This document shows, piece by piece, positions 11,896 through 25,147 of a stretch of DNA of 64,000 nucleotides. Source of the DNA: Malacoraja senta. Its lineage: Eukaryota. The notes below the pieces were generated by a model. It saw only the letters and a list, made by a program, of their open reading frames with translations. It did not search any database and was not told where the DNA came from. The first letter of the stretch is position 1, and each line of letters starts with the position of its first letter. A program made the position numbers and the translations under genes. The stretch lies in the NCBI GenBank assembly GCA_038087875.1, contig JAXLNO010002359.1, forward strand, positions 62,001 through 126,000. Direction: 5' to 3'.

Positions 11896-13428
11896 GAACA
11901 TAGAAAATATGTGCAGGAGTAGGCCATTCGGCACTTCGAGCCTGCACCGCCATTCAATGTGATCATGGCTGATCATCCAACTCAGTATCCTGTACCTGCC
12001 TTCTCTCCATACCCCCTGATCCCTTTAGCCACAAGGGCCACATCTAACTCCCTCTTAAATATAGCCAATGAACTGGCCTCAACTACCTTTTGTGGCAGAG
12101 AATTCCACAGATTCACAACTCTCTGTGTGAAAAATGTTTTTCTCATCTCGGTCCTAAAATACTTTCCCCTTATCCTTAAACTGTGACCCCTTGTCCTGGA
12201 CTTCCCCAACATCGGGAACAATCTACCTGCATCTAGCCTGTCCAACCCCTTAAGAATTTTGTAAGTTTCAGTAAGATCCCGTCTAAATCTTCTAAATTCT
12301 AGCGGGTACAAGCCGAGTCTATCCAGTCTTTCTTCATATGAAAGTCCTGACATCCCAGGAATCAGTCTGGTGAACCTTCTCTGTACTCCCTCTATGGCAA
12401 GAATGTCTTTCCTCAGATTTGGAGACCAAAACTGTATGCAATATTCCAGGTGTGGTCTCACCAAGACCCTGTACAACTGCAGTAGAACCTCCCTGCTCCT
12501 ATACTCAAATCCTTTTGCTATGAATGCTAACGTACCATTCGCTTTCTTCACTGCTTGCTGCACCTGCATGCCTACTTTCAATGACTGGTGTACCATGACA
12601 CCCAGGGCTCGCTGCATCTCCCCTTTTCCTAATTGGCCACCATCCAGATAATAGTCTACTTTCCTGTTTTTGCCATCAAAGTGGATAACCTCACATTTAT
12701 CCACATTATACTGCATCTGCCATGCATTTGCCCACTCACCCAGCCTATCCAAGTCACCTTTCAGCCTCCTAGCATCCTCCTCACAGCTAGCACTGCCCCC
12801 AGCTTCGTGTCATCCGCAAACTTGGAGATGTTGCATTCAATTCCCTCATCCAAATCAATAATATATATTGTAAATAGCTGGGGTCCCAGCAGTGAGCCTT
12901 GCGGTACCCCACTAGTCATTGCCTGCCATTGTGAATAGGACCCGTTTACTCCTACTCTTTGCTTCCTGTTTGCCAGCTAGTTCTCCATCCACATCAATAC
13001 TGAACCCCGAATACCGTGTGCTTTAAGTTTGTATACTAATCTCTTATGAGGGACCTTGTCGAAAGCCTTCTGAAAGTCCAGATATAACACATCCACTGGT
13101 TCTCCCTTATCCACTCTACTAGTTACATCCTCGAAAAATTCTATAAGATTCGTCAGACATGATTTACCTTTCGTAAATCCACGCTGATATTGTCCAATAA
13201 TTTCACCACTTTCCAAATGTGCTGTTATCCCATCTTTAATAACTGACTCTAGCAGTTTCCCCACTACTGATGTTACACTAACTGGTCTGTAATTCCCCGT
13301 TTTCTCTCTCCCTCCCTTTTTAAAAAGTGGGGTTACATTAGCTACCCTCCAATCCTCAGGAACTACTCCAGAATCTAAAGCGTTTTGAAAAATGATCACT
13401 AATGCATCCACTATTTCTGCTTGCAGCT
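11896..13428 (-). mobile_element. CR1 LINE 3' part (RT and tail), 5'-truncated
   Basis: ORFs 12977-13447 and 11982-12752 on - (NYRPVS, LDFQKAFDKVPH, RPHLEYC); tail ..tattttctatgttc. Confidence 0.95.
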
Positions 13429-13669
13429 CTTGTTGTGTCTGCAGCAATTTAAATCAGTCTAAAAAATTCCTTAAAATCTTCCGGTGGCGACATGCTTTGC
13501 TAGCAGTCGCAAATTTTTTAGCTCCGCTGAAAAAAAATCGCGATTTTTCGCGTTAAAATCGGGTCTGGAGGTCGGGACCGTTTTTAAAAACTTACCGGAG
13601 TCTCATGTCGCGGCGCTGATGACGTCATCAGTAAGCGCCGTGAATTTAACGGAGGGAAAGTCATTTTAA

Positions 13670-14680
13670 ATGAAAAGTACATCTCCAGGTCAGAGCCCAC
13701 AGAGGAAAGTTACAAAACAATCGCTGAAGACTCTGGAACATCAAGAAACTGCAAAACGGACCTCTGGAGGGGTTTCTGGAATGGACACACGATCTAAGAC
13801 TGAGATGACTACAAAAGAGAAAACCGAATTGGAGGAGTTAAAAAACTCGGTAAGAGATTTGAAAAATGACTTGAAAGTTGGAAACATAAATTTGATGACC
13901 GGTAATGAAAAAATACTTGCGGGCATTGATGCTCTGAAAAAAAGAGTGGATGATGTGCAAGAAGAATTAACGGGGAAAATTAATAAGGTGGCAGAAGAGA
14001 CCACAAAGATGTTTGAGGCTGTGCATGAAACTGTTTCTGCAAATGTAACTGCAGTGAAAGATATGGAAGCTGTTGTGGAAGAGATGACAGGAGAGATGCA
14101 GACGATGAAGTTAGAAATAGACAGCCTCAAGAGCCATCTTACAAAAGTGTCTGATAAATGTGTTGACCTAGAAGCTCGCTCAAGACGACAAAATATACGT
14201 ATACGTGGAGTAAAAGAGGGAGCTGAGGGGGACAATGCTTGTGAGTTCACTGCCAATCTAATTAAACACGTACTCAAACTACCTGAGGCACCTGTAATTG
14301 AAGCAGCACATCGACTACCCAGATTTAAACCAAGATCTCAAGGAGCACATGCCTATCCACGACAGATCATAGTTAAACTTCGGGATATTCCAACAATGGA
14401 AGCGCTGATGAAAAAAATCAAATACGGAGAGGAGATGATGTACAGAAATGATTCTATTAAACTCCTACGGGACTACCCTTACGAGATTGTGCCAAAGAGA
14501 AGAAAGTTCTCACAGACCAGAGAAGTTCTTTACGGTGTCAAGGGTGTTATGTGTGGGGTGTATTACCCGGCCAGGATGCGTATAACTTTCATGGGAAAGT
14601 CAAAAACATTCATTAACCCGGCAGAATCTCTTAAATACGCTCAAGAAATCGTGGCCAAGGCAGCAACAAGTGAAGATTGA
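13670..14680 (+). CDS. L1 ORF1p (coiled coil, RRM, CTD), 336 aa, open
   Basis: Heptad-rich N-terminal half, then LEARSRRQNIRIRGVKEG, AAHR, PRQIIVKL, RDYP, YPARMRI typical of L1 ORF1p. Confidence 0.92.
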   Translation: MKSTSPGQSPQRKVTKQSLKTLEHQETAKRTSGGVSGMDTRSKTEMTTKEKTELEELKNSVRDLKNDLKVGNINLMTGNEKILAGIDALKKRVDDVQEELTGKINKVAEETTKMFEAVHETVSANVTAVKDMEAVVEEMTGEMQTMKLEIDSLKSHLTKVSDKCVDLEARSRRQNIRIRGVKEGAEGDNACEFTANLIKHVLKLPEAPVIEAAHRLPRFKPRSQGAHAYPRQIIVKLRDIPTMEALMKKIKYGEEMMYRNDSIKLLRDYPYEIVPKRRKFSQTREVLYGVKGVMCGVYYPARMRITFMGKSKTFINPAESLKYAQEIVAKAATSED

Positions 14681-14928
14681 TCACCAAGACGTCATGAACA
14701 AATTAATTTGTTTATTCCCCCATCAAGAATATCACAAGAAAAGTGAATAACTGAACATCAAGCTTTTAAATTTATCACACGCAACAGATTTTCCAGGAGA
14801 CGTGTCTAGACATTATTATCTTCCCTTGAACATTGTGGCATATAACTCAAGGACACTCTGTGCTCAAACGAGGAAAGACTGATAACATGGGACTGACGAT
14901 CTGATGTGCTGAGAGCGAAAAACATCAC

Positions 14929-15563
14929 ATGGCTTATATAGTTTTATTAAATATTGAGAATCATTAATAATTAATAATTAACAATACTAATATAGAAATA
15001 GCAATTGAAACTGATAAAAATGTGTTGCCGGTTTTATAACACAGACAACAGTAATTACATATGTTCCGCAGCTCGAGTGGGGAGGGGAGGAGATTAGGCA
15101 CCTGGCATAATTCCAGGAGCCTGACTCCGGTTAACCCTTTCAGCGAACAGCTCACTTTTAACAATACTAAAACCAATTCAAAATAGTTAAGAGATAAAGA
15201 GTGAGGAATATATATAACTGAATACATTTGAAGTCGGAATGAAACATATATATGGCTTATATAGTTTTACAAAATATGGAGAATCAATAATAATTAATAA
15301 TTAACAATACTAATATAGATATAGCAATTGAAACTGATAAAAATGTGTTGCCTGCCTTATAACGCAGACACATATGTTCCGCAGCTCGAGTGGGAAGGGG
15401 AGGAGACTAGGCACCTGGCACAACTCCAGGAGCCTGACTCCGGTTAACCCTTTCAGCAAACAGCTCACTTTTAACAATACTAAAACCAATTCAAAATAGT
15501 TAAGAGATAAAGAGTGAGGAATATATGTAACTGAATACATTTGAAGTCGGAATGAAACATATA
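14929..15563. repeat. About 320-bp two-copy tandem duplication in the L1 inter-ORF spacer
   Basis: atggcttatatagtttta..gaagtcggaatgaaacatata at 14929-15250 and 15252-15563. Confidence 0.93.
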
Positions 15564-15924
15564 AATATACTGCAACTAGGGTGAAATAGAACTGATTTGG
15601 AAACGGTACAGACCCCCTAGGTTTTGGGTAATAAAGGCAGCGGGGCTAACGTCATAACATCTACGCCGGAAGCAATATAGATGTCGTACCCCACAGACGA
15701 GTGGGACACTCACTACGGTGTTGAAATCTTAGACACCGTACACTTATTTGATATAATTTATTTTTTTATTTTTATCACAATACGTCACATCTATGTGTTT
15801 TCTTTCCAAGGACAATCGCGGAGGAGAACTACCAAGGAAGTCTATAATAGAAATGCCCCCAAAATAACCAGAGTCCTGAGGTATGAATGCACCATAATAA
15901 ATAAGATCAATAAAATTGGTAAAA

Positions 15925-18900
15925 ATGTATGATGATAATCAAAAGAAAATGGGAGGAATCACACTATGTAGCTGGAATATAAGGGGTATTAATGAACCTA
16001 TTAAAAGGAGCAAGGTACTAGCTCAGTTGAAATCATACAACACCGACATTTCGTTTCTACAGGAAACGCATCTTAAACATCAAGATCAGACGAGACTGAG
16101 GGCAAACTGGATGGGACAAACATTTCACTCTTCATTCACCTCCAAATCTAGAGGCACTGCAATCATCATTCGTAAAGGAATTCCATTTAAATCAAAGAAT
16201 ACTATTTTAGATAAGGAAGGGAGATACCTTATAGTAGCAGGAGAGATCAATAATACGCCAATTACGCTGGTAAATATATACGCGCCCAATTTCGATAACC
16301 CTCAATTTTTTAATAAAATTCTGAATATAATTGCAGAATTTAATTTTCAAAATGTTATAATTGGAGGAGACTTTAACTGTGTTTTAGACCCTTATCTAGA
16401 TAAATCGATGCAAAAACAAAAAGGTAATACGAAATCTAAAACCAGTGAACTTTTACATACATATATGGAAAACACAAATATAGCAGATGTGTGGAGGATT
16501 GCAAACCCGACGGGAAGGGATTATTCGTTTTATTCAACGGTGCATAAAACATACTCACGGATAGACTACTTTCTTGTGGATACAAAATTAATTCCGCACA
16601 CTATGAACGCTAAATATCACACTAATGCGATCTCAGACCACTCTCCGTTAACTTTTGTTTTAAAATTAGAAGGAATGTCTATGAATAAATCGTTCTGGAG
16701 GTTTAACTCGCAAATTTTAAAAGACCCACAAGGGAGTATATATCTAAAAAAACAGATGGATCTATTTTTTGAGATAAATGATACACCAGATATTTCCCCC
16801 ACGCTATTATGGGAATCCTTCAAAGCATTTATTAGAGGAGTCATTATTTCATTCCAAGCTTATCAAAATAAAAAGAATAAGAATGAACAAAGACACTTAG
16901 AAGAACAAATAAAACAATTAGATACAGATAATGCTAAAGACCCAACTATGGATAAACATAATAAAATCCTACTATTGAAATTCAAGCTAAATAAATTCCT
17001 GTCAGAGAAAGTTATAACATTATTTCAAATCACAAAACAAGAACACTTCGAATTCGGGGACAAACCCCACAAACTCCTAGCACGCCAACTGAAAAAACGG
17101 GAAAAAGAGAATGCAATATTAAAGATTAAATCAGACAGAGGGGAATTAATAACACTACCCAAGGAGATCAATAAAAGATTTGCTCAATTTTACCAGAATT
17201 TATACACATCTAAAACGTTAATAGATAATAATAAAATCTCAGAATTCTTAGATAACTGTAACCTACCACAATTAGAACTGAGGGAACAAGAGGAACTGGG
17301 AGCACAAATCACTCCTAAGGAGATAGAAGACACAATAAAAACACTAAAGAATGGAAAAACACCAGGACCAGACGGATTCAGTAATGAATTTTATAAATCT
17401 TTTTATGACATAGTTACTCCACGATTACAGAAAATGTATACACATGCTTTTAAAGAGCAAAACTTACCAGAAACACTAGCAGAATCAACGATTATATTAA
17501 TACTTAAAAAAGATAAAAATATAGAAGAACCAGGATCATATAGAGCTATAGCTTTGTTAAATACGGATCAAAAAATAATAGCGAAAACACTAGCCAGTAG
17601 ACTAAGCAGGTATGTTAGTAGACTAATAAATGAGGATCAAACAGGATTTATACCTAAGAGACATTCATTTAATAATTTGAGACGTTTGCTTAATATAATG
17701 CACTCGCATAAATCTCAGGACCAAGAGTTATCTATCATCTCATTGGACGCAGAAAAAGCGTTTGATCAAGTAGAATGGGACTATATGTTTAAAGTATTGC
17801 AAAAATTCCAATTGGGAGAGAACTTCATTGCATGGATAAAACTATTATATAACAAACCTACGGCTAGAATACTAACTAATAATATATTATCCCCGAAATT
17901 TGAACTATCAAGGGGCAATAGACAAGGATGTTCATTATCACCGCTGTTATTTGCTTTAGTAATTGAACCCCTTGCTGAAAAAATAAGAACACACATGGAT
18001 ATTTACGGTTATAATACAAAATATTCAAATAACAAAATATCCTTATATGCCGATGACGTACTATTATACATCACAAAACCACAAATTAGTATACCAAATA
18101 TATTAAATTTAATTGAGGACTTTGGATCCTTTTCAGGATATAGAATAAACTGGAACAAAAGTGAAATTATGTCGATAAAACCAAAAGACTCAACACACCT
18201 CAGGAAATTCCCTTTTAAAATAGCCATAGAAAAATTCAAATATTTGTGAATTGAAATTACTAGAAATTACCAGGATATGTTTAAAGCCAATTATAATCCC
18301 TTACTTAAGAAATTAAATAATATGATTAAATTCTGGAAAACACTTCCGATGTCCTTAATAGGCAGAATAAATGCTATAAAAATGATTTTCTTACCACAAA
18401 TCCTATACCTATTTCAATCAATACCTATATATATCCCAAAAAAGTTTTTCAAAAAATTGGACTCAGACATTACAAATTTCATATGGGATTATAAATCCCA
18501 TAGAATACAAAGAGCACACCTTAATAAACGAAAAGAGTTGGGGGGTCTCGCGCTCCCTAACTTTATGTATTATAAATGGGCAGTAAATATTAAAAATATG
18601 ATTCACCTGCTGGACAATTCTGCCCAGCAGGTGGACTGGATTATAATGGAAAAAGAGGACTGTTCCCCGAGTAATATAGGAGCGATTATTCTCTCTCCAA
18701 TAAATTTGAATAATAAAAATTATAATAAAAACCCAATTATAAATAGCACAATTAGAACATGGAAACAAATAAAACAGAATCTAAAATTAAGAAACCTATC
18801 TCTCTCAACACCAATCGTTAATAACCCATCGTTTAAACCTTCAACCATAGACAAATCATTTATACAATGGGAAAGAATGGGAATCAAAACGCTCGAAGAT

Positions 18901-19716
18901 CTGTATGAACTGGGAAAATTACTATCATTTCAACAACTACAACTGAAATATAATCTGAAAAATAATCAATATTTTAAATATCTACAAATTTGTGATTACC
19001 TAAAAAAACACACAAAAGACTATCATAATATGCCTTCCGACTTACTAGATGAAGCAATGAAGACAAAGGCGGAATCAGCTAATCTAATATCGTACTTATA
19101 TAATATCATTTTAAACATAGAAATACCCATAACAGATGGAATTAGAAGAGACTGGGAACAAGAATTAGCTATAAAAATTTCAAAAGAGAGCTGGGATAAC
19201 CATTTACTACAGGTGCATAAATGTTCGATCAACGTACGACAAACGCTTATCCAATTCAAAACATTACATAGACTATATTATTCAAAAACTAAATTAAATA
19301 AAATCTTTCCTAATGTTTCACCAATCTGTGATAAATGTCTATGTCAAGAAGCTACCATAGCGCATTCTTTTGTTTTTTGTACAAAAATCCAAAATTTTTG
19401 GTATGAAATATTTGATATTTTCTCAAAATTAATTAAAATAAAACTGGTACCAAAACCAGAATGGATCATTTTTGGAATATCGGAAGGTATCCCTGAATTA
19501 AATGTGTACCAGAAGAACTTATTCAATTACGGGCTAATAATGGGTAAAAGGCTCATACTTAAATTCTGGAAAAATGCGCCCACACCAACAATAAAAATGT
19601 GGACATCAAATATGTTGGAAACATTACATCTGGAAGAGATGAGATTCCTCTTAGCAGGGAAAGCAGACCAATTCCAAAAGACGTGGTCTACGTTTTTGGA
19701 CCTATTACAAGCATGA
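15925..19716 (+). pseudogene. L1 ORF2p (APE endonuclease, RT, C-terminal cysteine-rich region) interrupted by one in-frame TGA at 18247-18249
   Basis: SWNIRG, LQETH, GGDFN, SRIDY, SDH (APE); KTPGPDG, LDAEKAFD, RQGCSLSP, YADD (RT); CDKC..H. ORFs 15916-18249 and 18277-19716 share a frame; YL*I replaces YLGI. Confidence 0.93.
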
Positions 19717-20882
19717 GGTGCAATAGTAATTTTAAAAATAAATAAATAAAGAATGGTATCAGGACCTGGTAATGGGAGGTAAAACAATAAAAACAGACTT
19801 GGTCGGTGGTTCCCTTTCTGCGATTGTTCCTACTTTATTTTTCTTTCTTTTCTAGGATCTGCTTTCTTACTTTACTTCCTTCTCTAACTTCTTTTCTAAG
19901 GGGCTTTCTTTTCACAACACTCTTTTGCACTTCACGACTCTTGCGCACTTTCTTTACTTTTCTTACTTCTATCTTTCTCTTAAAGCGTAAAAAATGAAGC
20001 GGTATAAAAAATGTACTAAGATATAAGTGTTGTGTATTACTGTAAATTACCGTACTTCTAATAAAAATAATTAAAAAAAAAAAAAAAATCTATTGAAAGT
20101 TATAGAAATAATACATTTAATTTAATATCGAGTAGATGTAATAATAAAAATGCTGTATTTACTCAGTTATTCCAATGTTGAGTGTAATTATCTCCTGAGT
20201 TTCACACAAGCTAAACCCACCAGTCACCATCCTCATGATCATCCAATTTCTTCTGCAACTTTCAGTTTTCTCCAAATCAAACCGCACAGTTTGCACCAAG
20301 ACCTTCACAACCTCTGGGAATAAATCACGTCCCTTCCAGTTCAATTCAGTTTAGTTCAGTGTCACGTTTCTGAGGTAAAGTGAAAAGCTTTTGCAGAATG
20401 CTAACCAGCCTGGAGAAAGACGAGTATAATGAATGCTATTCACAACTGAAGTTAGAATACTTTCCAGTTACACATATTCAAGCAGATGACTGTGTGATGT
20501 TTGAAATGTCTATGATAATGGCAAATGACAGAATATGTTGTTTTGTCATAAATGGAACGGTCAATATTCATGCCTGTTCATGCTGTAGTTGGTCCGATAG
20601 TTCAAACCAATATTCAATTGCATCAGATCATGGTGGAGGTTGGACTTAGGAGGTCACCAATCAGCTGCGTATGATAATCAAGCTACTACAATTTTTCAAA
20701 GTAAGTCCAATATTGAGAGCAATTTTCTCCTCAGTTCTGAATTTCACTCAAGGTAGAACCTCCAGCAAACATTTTCACAATCACAAGTTTTTCCCCATGT
20801 CATTTGGTGTTCTCCAAGCCCAACCTCACAGAGTTGCACCAAGATCTTCACAGCCTAGAGATATAGACACGAGAGATACATT

Positions 20883-20948
20883 GTGTTCCAGGTGTACACT
20901 GGCCCTATCCCCGAACTCTATCCCCATTACATTGATGACTGCATCGGT
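20883..20948 (+). mobile_element. Penelope-like RT fragment
   Basis: Reads VFQVYTGPIPELYPHYIDDCIG; YIDD catalytic motif in a PLE-like context. Confidence 0.6.
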
Positions 20949-21161
20949 ACTAGAAAATATATCCACAATATGCAAGCACAATCCATACCCAGAATTGCTT
21001 GGTCAAGTTAGTGGAGTGGCAAAAATTGATCCAGTTAGTCACCATCATAACTTGGAAATACATTGCTGATCCTTCGTTATTTGTGGGGCATACTCTTATC
21101 ATTTACGTCATTTACTAAACACGTAATTTACTAAACACGTCATTTACTAAACACTCGAAAT

Positions 21162-21390
21162 TTAGTTGAGATAAAAAATAGGAAGCGAAACAGCCCAGCG
21201 CTCAGAATGGACAAATCATTGTGGTTAAACTGCAAGATAGCTCTTCATGCAGCCTTGACCATTGCTCTGAATGATTCAGGACCTGATGCAAAATTCAGAG
21301 CAACGGTCAAGGCTGCAGGAAGAGCTGTCTTGCAATTTAACCACAATGATTTGTTTTTTTAACCACAATGATTTGCTTCCTGTTTTATAT
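21162..21390. mobile_element. Fold-back (MITE-like) element with 60-bp arms and a 20-nt spacer
   Basis: 21213-21272 is the reverse complement of 21293-21352 with 4 mismatches; outer aaaataggaagc / gcttcctgtttt match; partial copy in the opposite orientation at 31064-31191. Confidence 0.75.
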
Positions 21391-21557
21391 TAGACTAAAT
21401 TTCACAATGTGTAAATAAACATCAGAAGTGTGAAGGACAAAGAAAATATCAAACCATCCCAAAACCTATTGAAACATGCAAAAGAGAACCAGGGGTGGAT
21501 TATTTGTCACTTTGAGCCTGTTCAATCATACAGAACAATCTCATATTCCAATTCTCT

Positions 21558-21910
21558 CCCGGACGTGGATAAGCTTTTCCCATTGAGAGTAGGGAAGATT
21601 CAAACAAGGGGACATGACTTGAGAATTAAGGGGCAGAGGTTTAGGGGTAACATTAGGGGGAACTTCTTTACTCAGAGAGTGGTAGCTGTGTGGAATGAGC
21701 TTCCAGTGGAAGTGGTGGAGGCAGGTTCGATTGTATCCTTTAAAAATAGATTGGATGGGTATATGGACGGGAAAGGAATTGAGGGTTATGGTCTGACTGC
21801 AGGTAGATGGGACTAGGGGGAAGTAAAAAAAAATTGTTTTAAAGTGTTCGGCACGGACTTGAAGGGCCGAGATGGCCTGTTTCCGTGCTGTTATGGTTAT
21901 ATGGTTACAT
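21558..21910 (+). mobile_element. CR1 3' fragment (same subfamily as 6410-10370)
   Basis: DVDKLFPLRVGKIQTRGHD..GRWD* followed by the atggtt tail. Confidence 0.9.
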
Positions 21911-24076
21911 AAATGTTGCTGCATTTTATGTCATATAAATCTATCCCCGTCTTAACAGGATTCAGTGACCTGCCATCTACCAGTTTCTGTGGGGTGAATT
22001 TCAATGGCTCACCATATTCACAATGAAGAAATGTCTCAGCCCTAAATGTTTCACCCCTTATCTTGCATCCTAAACTCCTTGTTCCAGATCCTAGTCACTG
22101 GAAATATCTTTATGTATCGAGTCTGTCTAGCTCTGCTTTGAATTTTGTTTAATGTAGAGAGGTCATGTCTAAGTCTTCTAAATTCCAGTGACTACTGACT
22201 CAGTCAGCTCCTCCTCTCCTTACACATTAGTCCTGCCATTCCAGGAATCAGTCTGGTCAGCCTTGGCTGCATTACATCTGTGGCTGAAAAACCCTTTCTC
22301 CGGTAAGGAGAGCACAAAGACATGTTTGGAGAGACATGGGCCAGGCACAGCCAGTTGTGATGGGGTCAGTTGGACATCTTGGTCAGCATGTGTGCGTTGG
22401 GTCGATGTGTCTATTTCCATGCTCTACAGCTCTATGACTCTCTGCTGCATCTGTGTATATTTGGCAAGTAACTCAACTGACTGACATCACCTGGAAACCT
22501 CTTTGCATCCTCTTTGCTTCTCCTACTTACTCTCATTTTCATGTCATCAAACTTAGAAACATTAAATTTGTTTCCTTGTCAATACCATTGATGAACATTG
22601 AAAATAACAGACTCAAGAACTGGATTGATTCTGGATCATTCATCACCAACTGCCACCCTAACGAAGTCTTCTCTCTGTTTCCTGTCTGCCAAATAATTTT
22701 CAATTCATGCCTGTTTAATATTGTCTAATCAACATATTAAAAAATTCAAAGACTTTCTAAAAAATTGACACATACTCTTGTTCTCCCTGAAACAAACAAA
22801 AACAATCTGCTGGAGGGACTCAGTGGGTCAGGCAGCATCTGTCGAGGAAAATGTGCAGATGACCCTGTATCGTGACCCTTCTTCAGTTGCCAATGGTCAT
22901 CTGTCCATTTACTTCCACAGATGATTCCTGATCCACAAATTCCCTCCAGCAGTTTGCTCTTTGCTCGTGTTTCCAGAATCTGCAAACTCTTGGGTCTCCA
23001 CATCTTCTCCCTTATCTATTCTACATGGTACATCACCATCATCTCCAATAGATTTGTTTGCCATGATTTCACTTACATAAATTCAAAAATACATTGTCTT
23101 ATCGCATAAATTATTTAAAAATATCCAAACACTGTTTTGGAACCTGGAAACACTAAACCAGGTTGGAGATTGAAATATTTTTAATGAATAAAGAGCAGTC
23201 ATTTAGTAGAGAGAAACACCACTATTTTATTTTTTAATCAGTGGAAAGTAGCAAAAATAATGTTAAAAATTATGCTTTTTGGTCAAGACACCAACACTGC
23301 AATAGTTAGTTACTATCCTTATAATAAATACATCCTCAACACACATGCCCCATGTTCTCTTCTCACGTATTAAAAAAATCTCATAGTAATAAAAAATTAC
23401 ATAAATAGAATTATACGGAATTACTTTTAAATGTAAAGGGTAAATAGAGACTTTGTTTCTGAAGATAACATCAGCGTAAAAGATGAAGGATCTTTGTTAG
23501 GCCCTGTTTACACTTCTGCTGTGAAACTCAGCAAGTGCCCCAACGGAGACATTTGCACCAGATAAGACAGGTGATGATCCCAGTGTTTAGAATGTGAGAG
23601 TGACGGACAGTGTGAGTTGGAGGGGGAGATGAGATGAATTACGAAGATAAAGATTCAGGGACTGGGGAAAAATATCAAAACAGAGGGTGAGCAGCAATAA
23701 AAACGAATTGTATTTCTCTGCAGAATTCACACAATATGGGGGAAATGAGTTGTTAACCCGGATTAAGGAAGGAGCCTGATTAGGTTTCTTGTCACAATGA
23801 GGACGACACTAACTCCTGAGCTGATGATGAGCTGCACTTTGTGATTCCCTCCAGAAATTTTGCTTATAAATCTTTGTTTTTGGATATGGGCCTTAGTGCT
23901 TAGTCTTCCATTTTTAACCCATGAGGATGTGACCATCCTTATTTCACCACTGAGGTGTTTAGTAAATGATGTAAATGATAGGAGTAGGCCCCACAAATAA
24001 CGAAGGACCACCAACATCGTTCTTGATGTTGCTGTACTGAGGGACAACAAAGTCTATCTTTCTTGGCTAACAAGCT

Positions 24077-25147
24077 AACCTTCAGCCTCCAAGATGCAGG
24101 TACATTTTCTAGCAATGTTACAACATTTTGAGATATTAAAAATCAAGTCTGCAATTTATCCCATCAGATAAAGCATAAAAAGTTTAATTTGACACCTAAT
24201 TCACTTTCATATCTTCAGTATTAATAAAGTTATGGCCATTTTCATACTCGGAAATCAGTATCTTGTTCCCTATTGCTTTTCCATTGACTTAACACAAAAG
24301 CTGTGATCGAGGACAGTCAAAAGCCCATACCTTTCTTAAAAATTAAGAGAACTGAATGAAATTTTCAGTTATTATAGATTGAAGCATTCTGAAACAAATA
24401 TAAAACATCTTACTTGGATGACCTGAAATTAAAGCATATAATTAGTTAATTACCTAATTGTAGCTAATTACAAAATTGACCGTTGTGACGGATATAGTAA
24501 TAAACACCCAGACTGCCTTGAAAATTCAAAAATGTGATATTCTCAAGATCAGAACTTTAATATTATTGTATTATATGCTGTAAGTCTGTAACAGATAGGT
24601 AAATACATTACAATTTCTAGCAATAGACTAGGTCTTTATGGAGAAGATCAGTTGCTAGCTGGTACATTGGCATATCATAATCAGTAGCATCATCATACTC
24701 CTCAGATTGTAACCAATAAGCAACTCTGTACACCTTGTTTTTCCTCAACTTTTCCATTTTGGCATTGTAAACTACAAGTTTTTGCTCTTTAAACCACGCA
24801 TGACATGCCTTTCTGCCCACTACTTTCCCTTTAAGAATCTCCTGTAGATTCCCATTCTTAAGAAAAGGATAATTTTAAAAAAATAGCCTAAGTATCCAAA
24901 TAACAAACTAATCCCATTCACACAAGAATTCACAATATAACATGGTTTTTAAATCTCATTGTCATGAATTTATATGCCAGATGGAAGGAATTTAATGTTT
25001 AATTCCCATAAACTAATCTAGAAACATCCACTCAATATAATCAAAATCTCTGTAGAACCTGCAATGTGATGTTACATATATATTGCAATCAGTGATGGAA
25101 ATGGGTTTCAGGACTGGGGATACGCTAAGGTCCGTGAGGCTGAGGTT
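24077..25147 (-). mobile_element. Unclassified interspersed repeat, possibly a DNA transposon remnant
   Basis: AT-rich block with a coding-like ORF remnant (24617-24820) and weak inverted ends aaccttcagcctc / gaggctgaggtt. Confidence 0.35.

Larger units (their letters stand above)
13480..20088 (+). mobile_element. Full-length L1-clade LINE, nearly intact
   Basis: 5'UTR, ORF1, long spacer, ORF2, pyrimidine-rich 3'UTR, AATAAA (20060-20065), A16 (20073-20088); probable TSD aaaatct (13473-13479 and 20085-20091) at a TT/AAAA site. Confidence 0.95.

Noticed and set aside
19806-19997. Hydrophobic ORF (and Lys/Arg-rich antisense frame) in the L1 3' UTR
   Set aside because: Product of a pyrimidine-rich UTR tract.
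22478-22660. Inverted segmental duplication with 28610-28792
   Set aside because: Both are old CR1 RT remnants; family homology explains the similarity.
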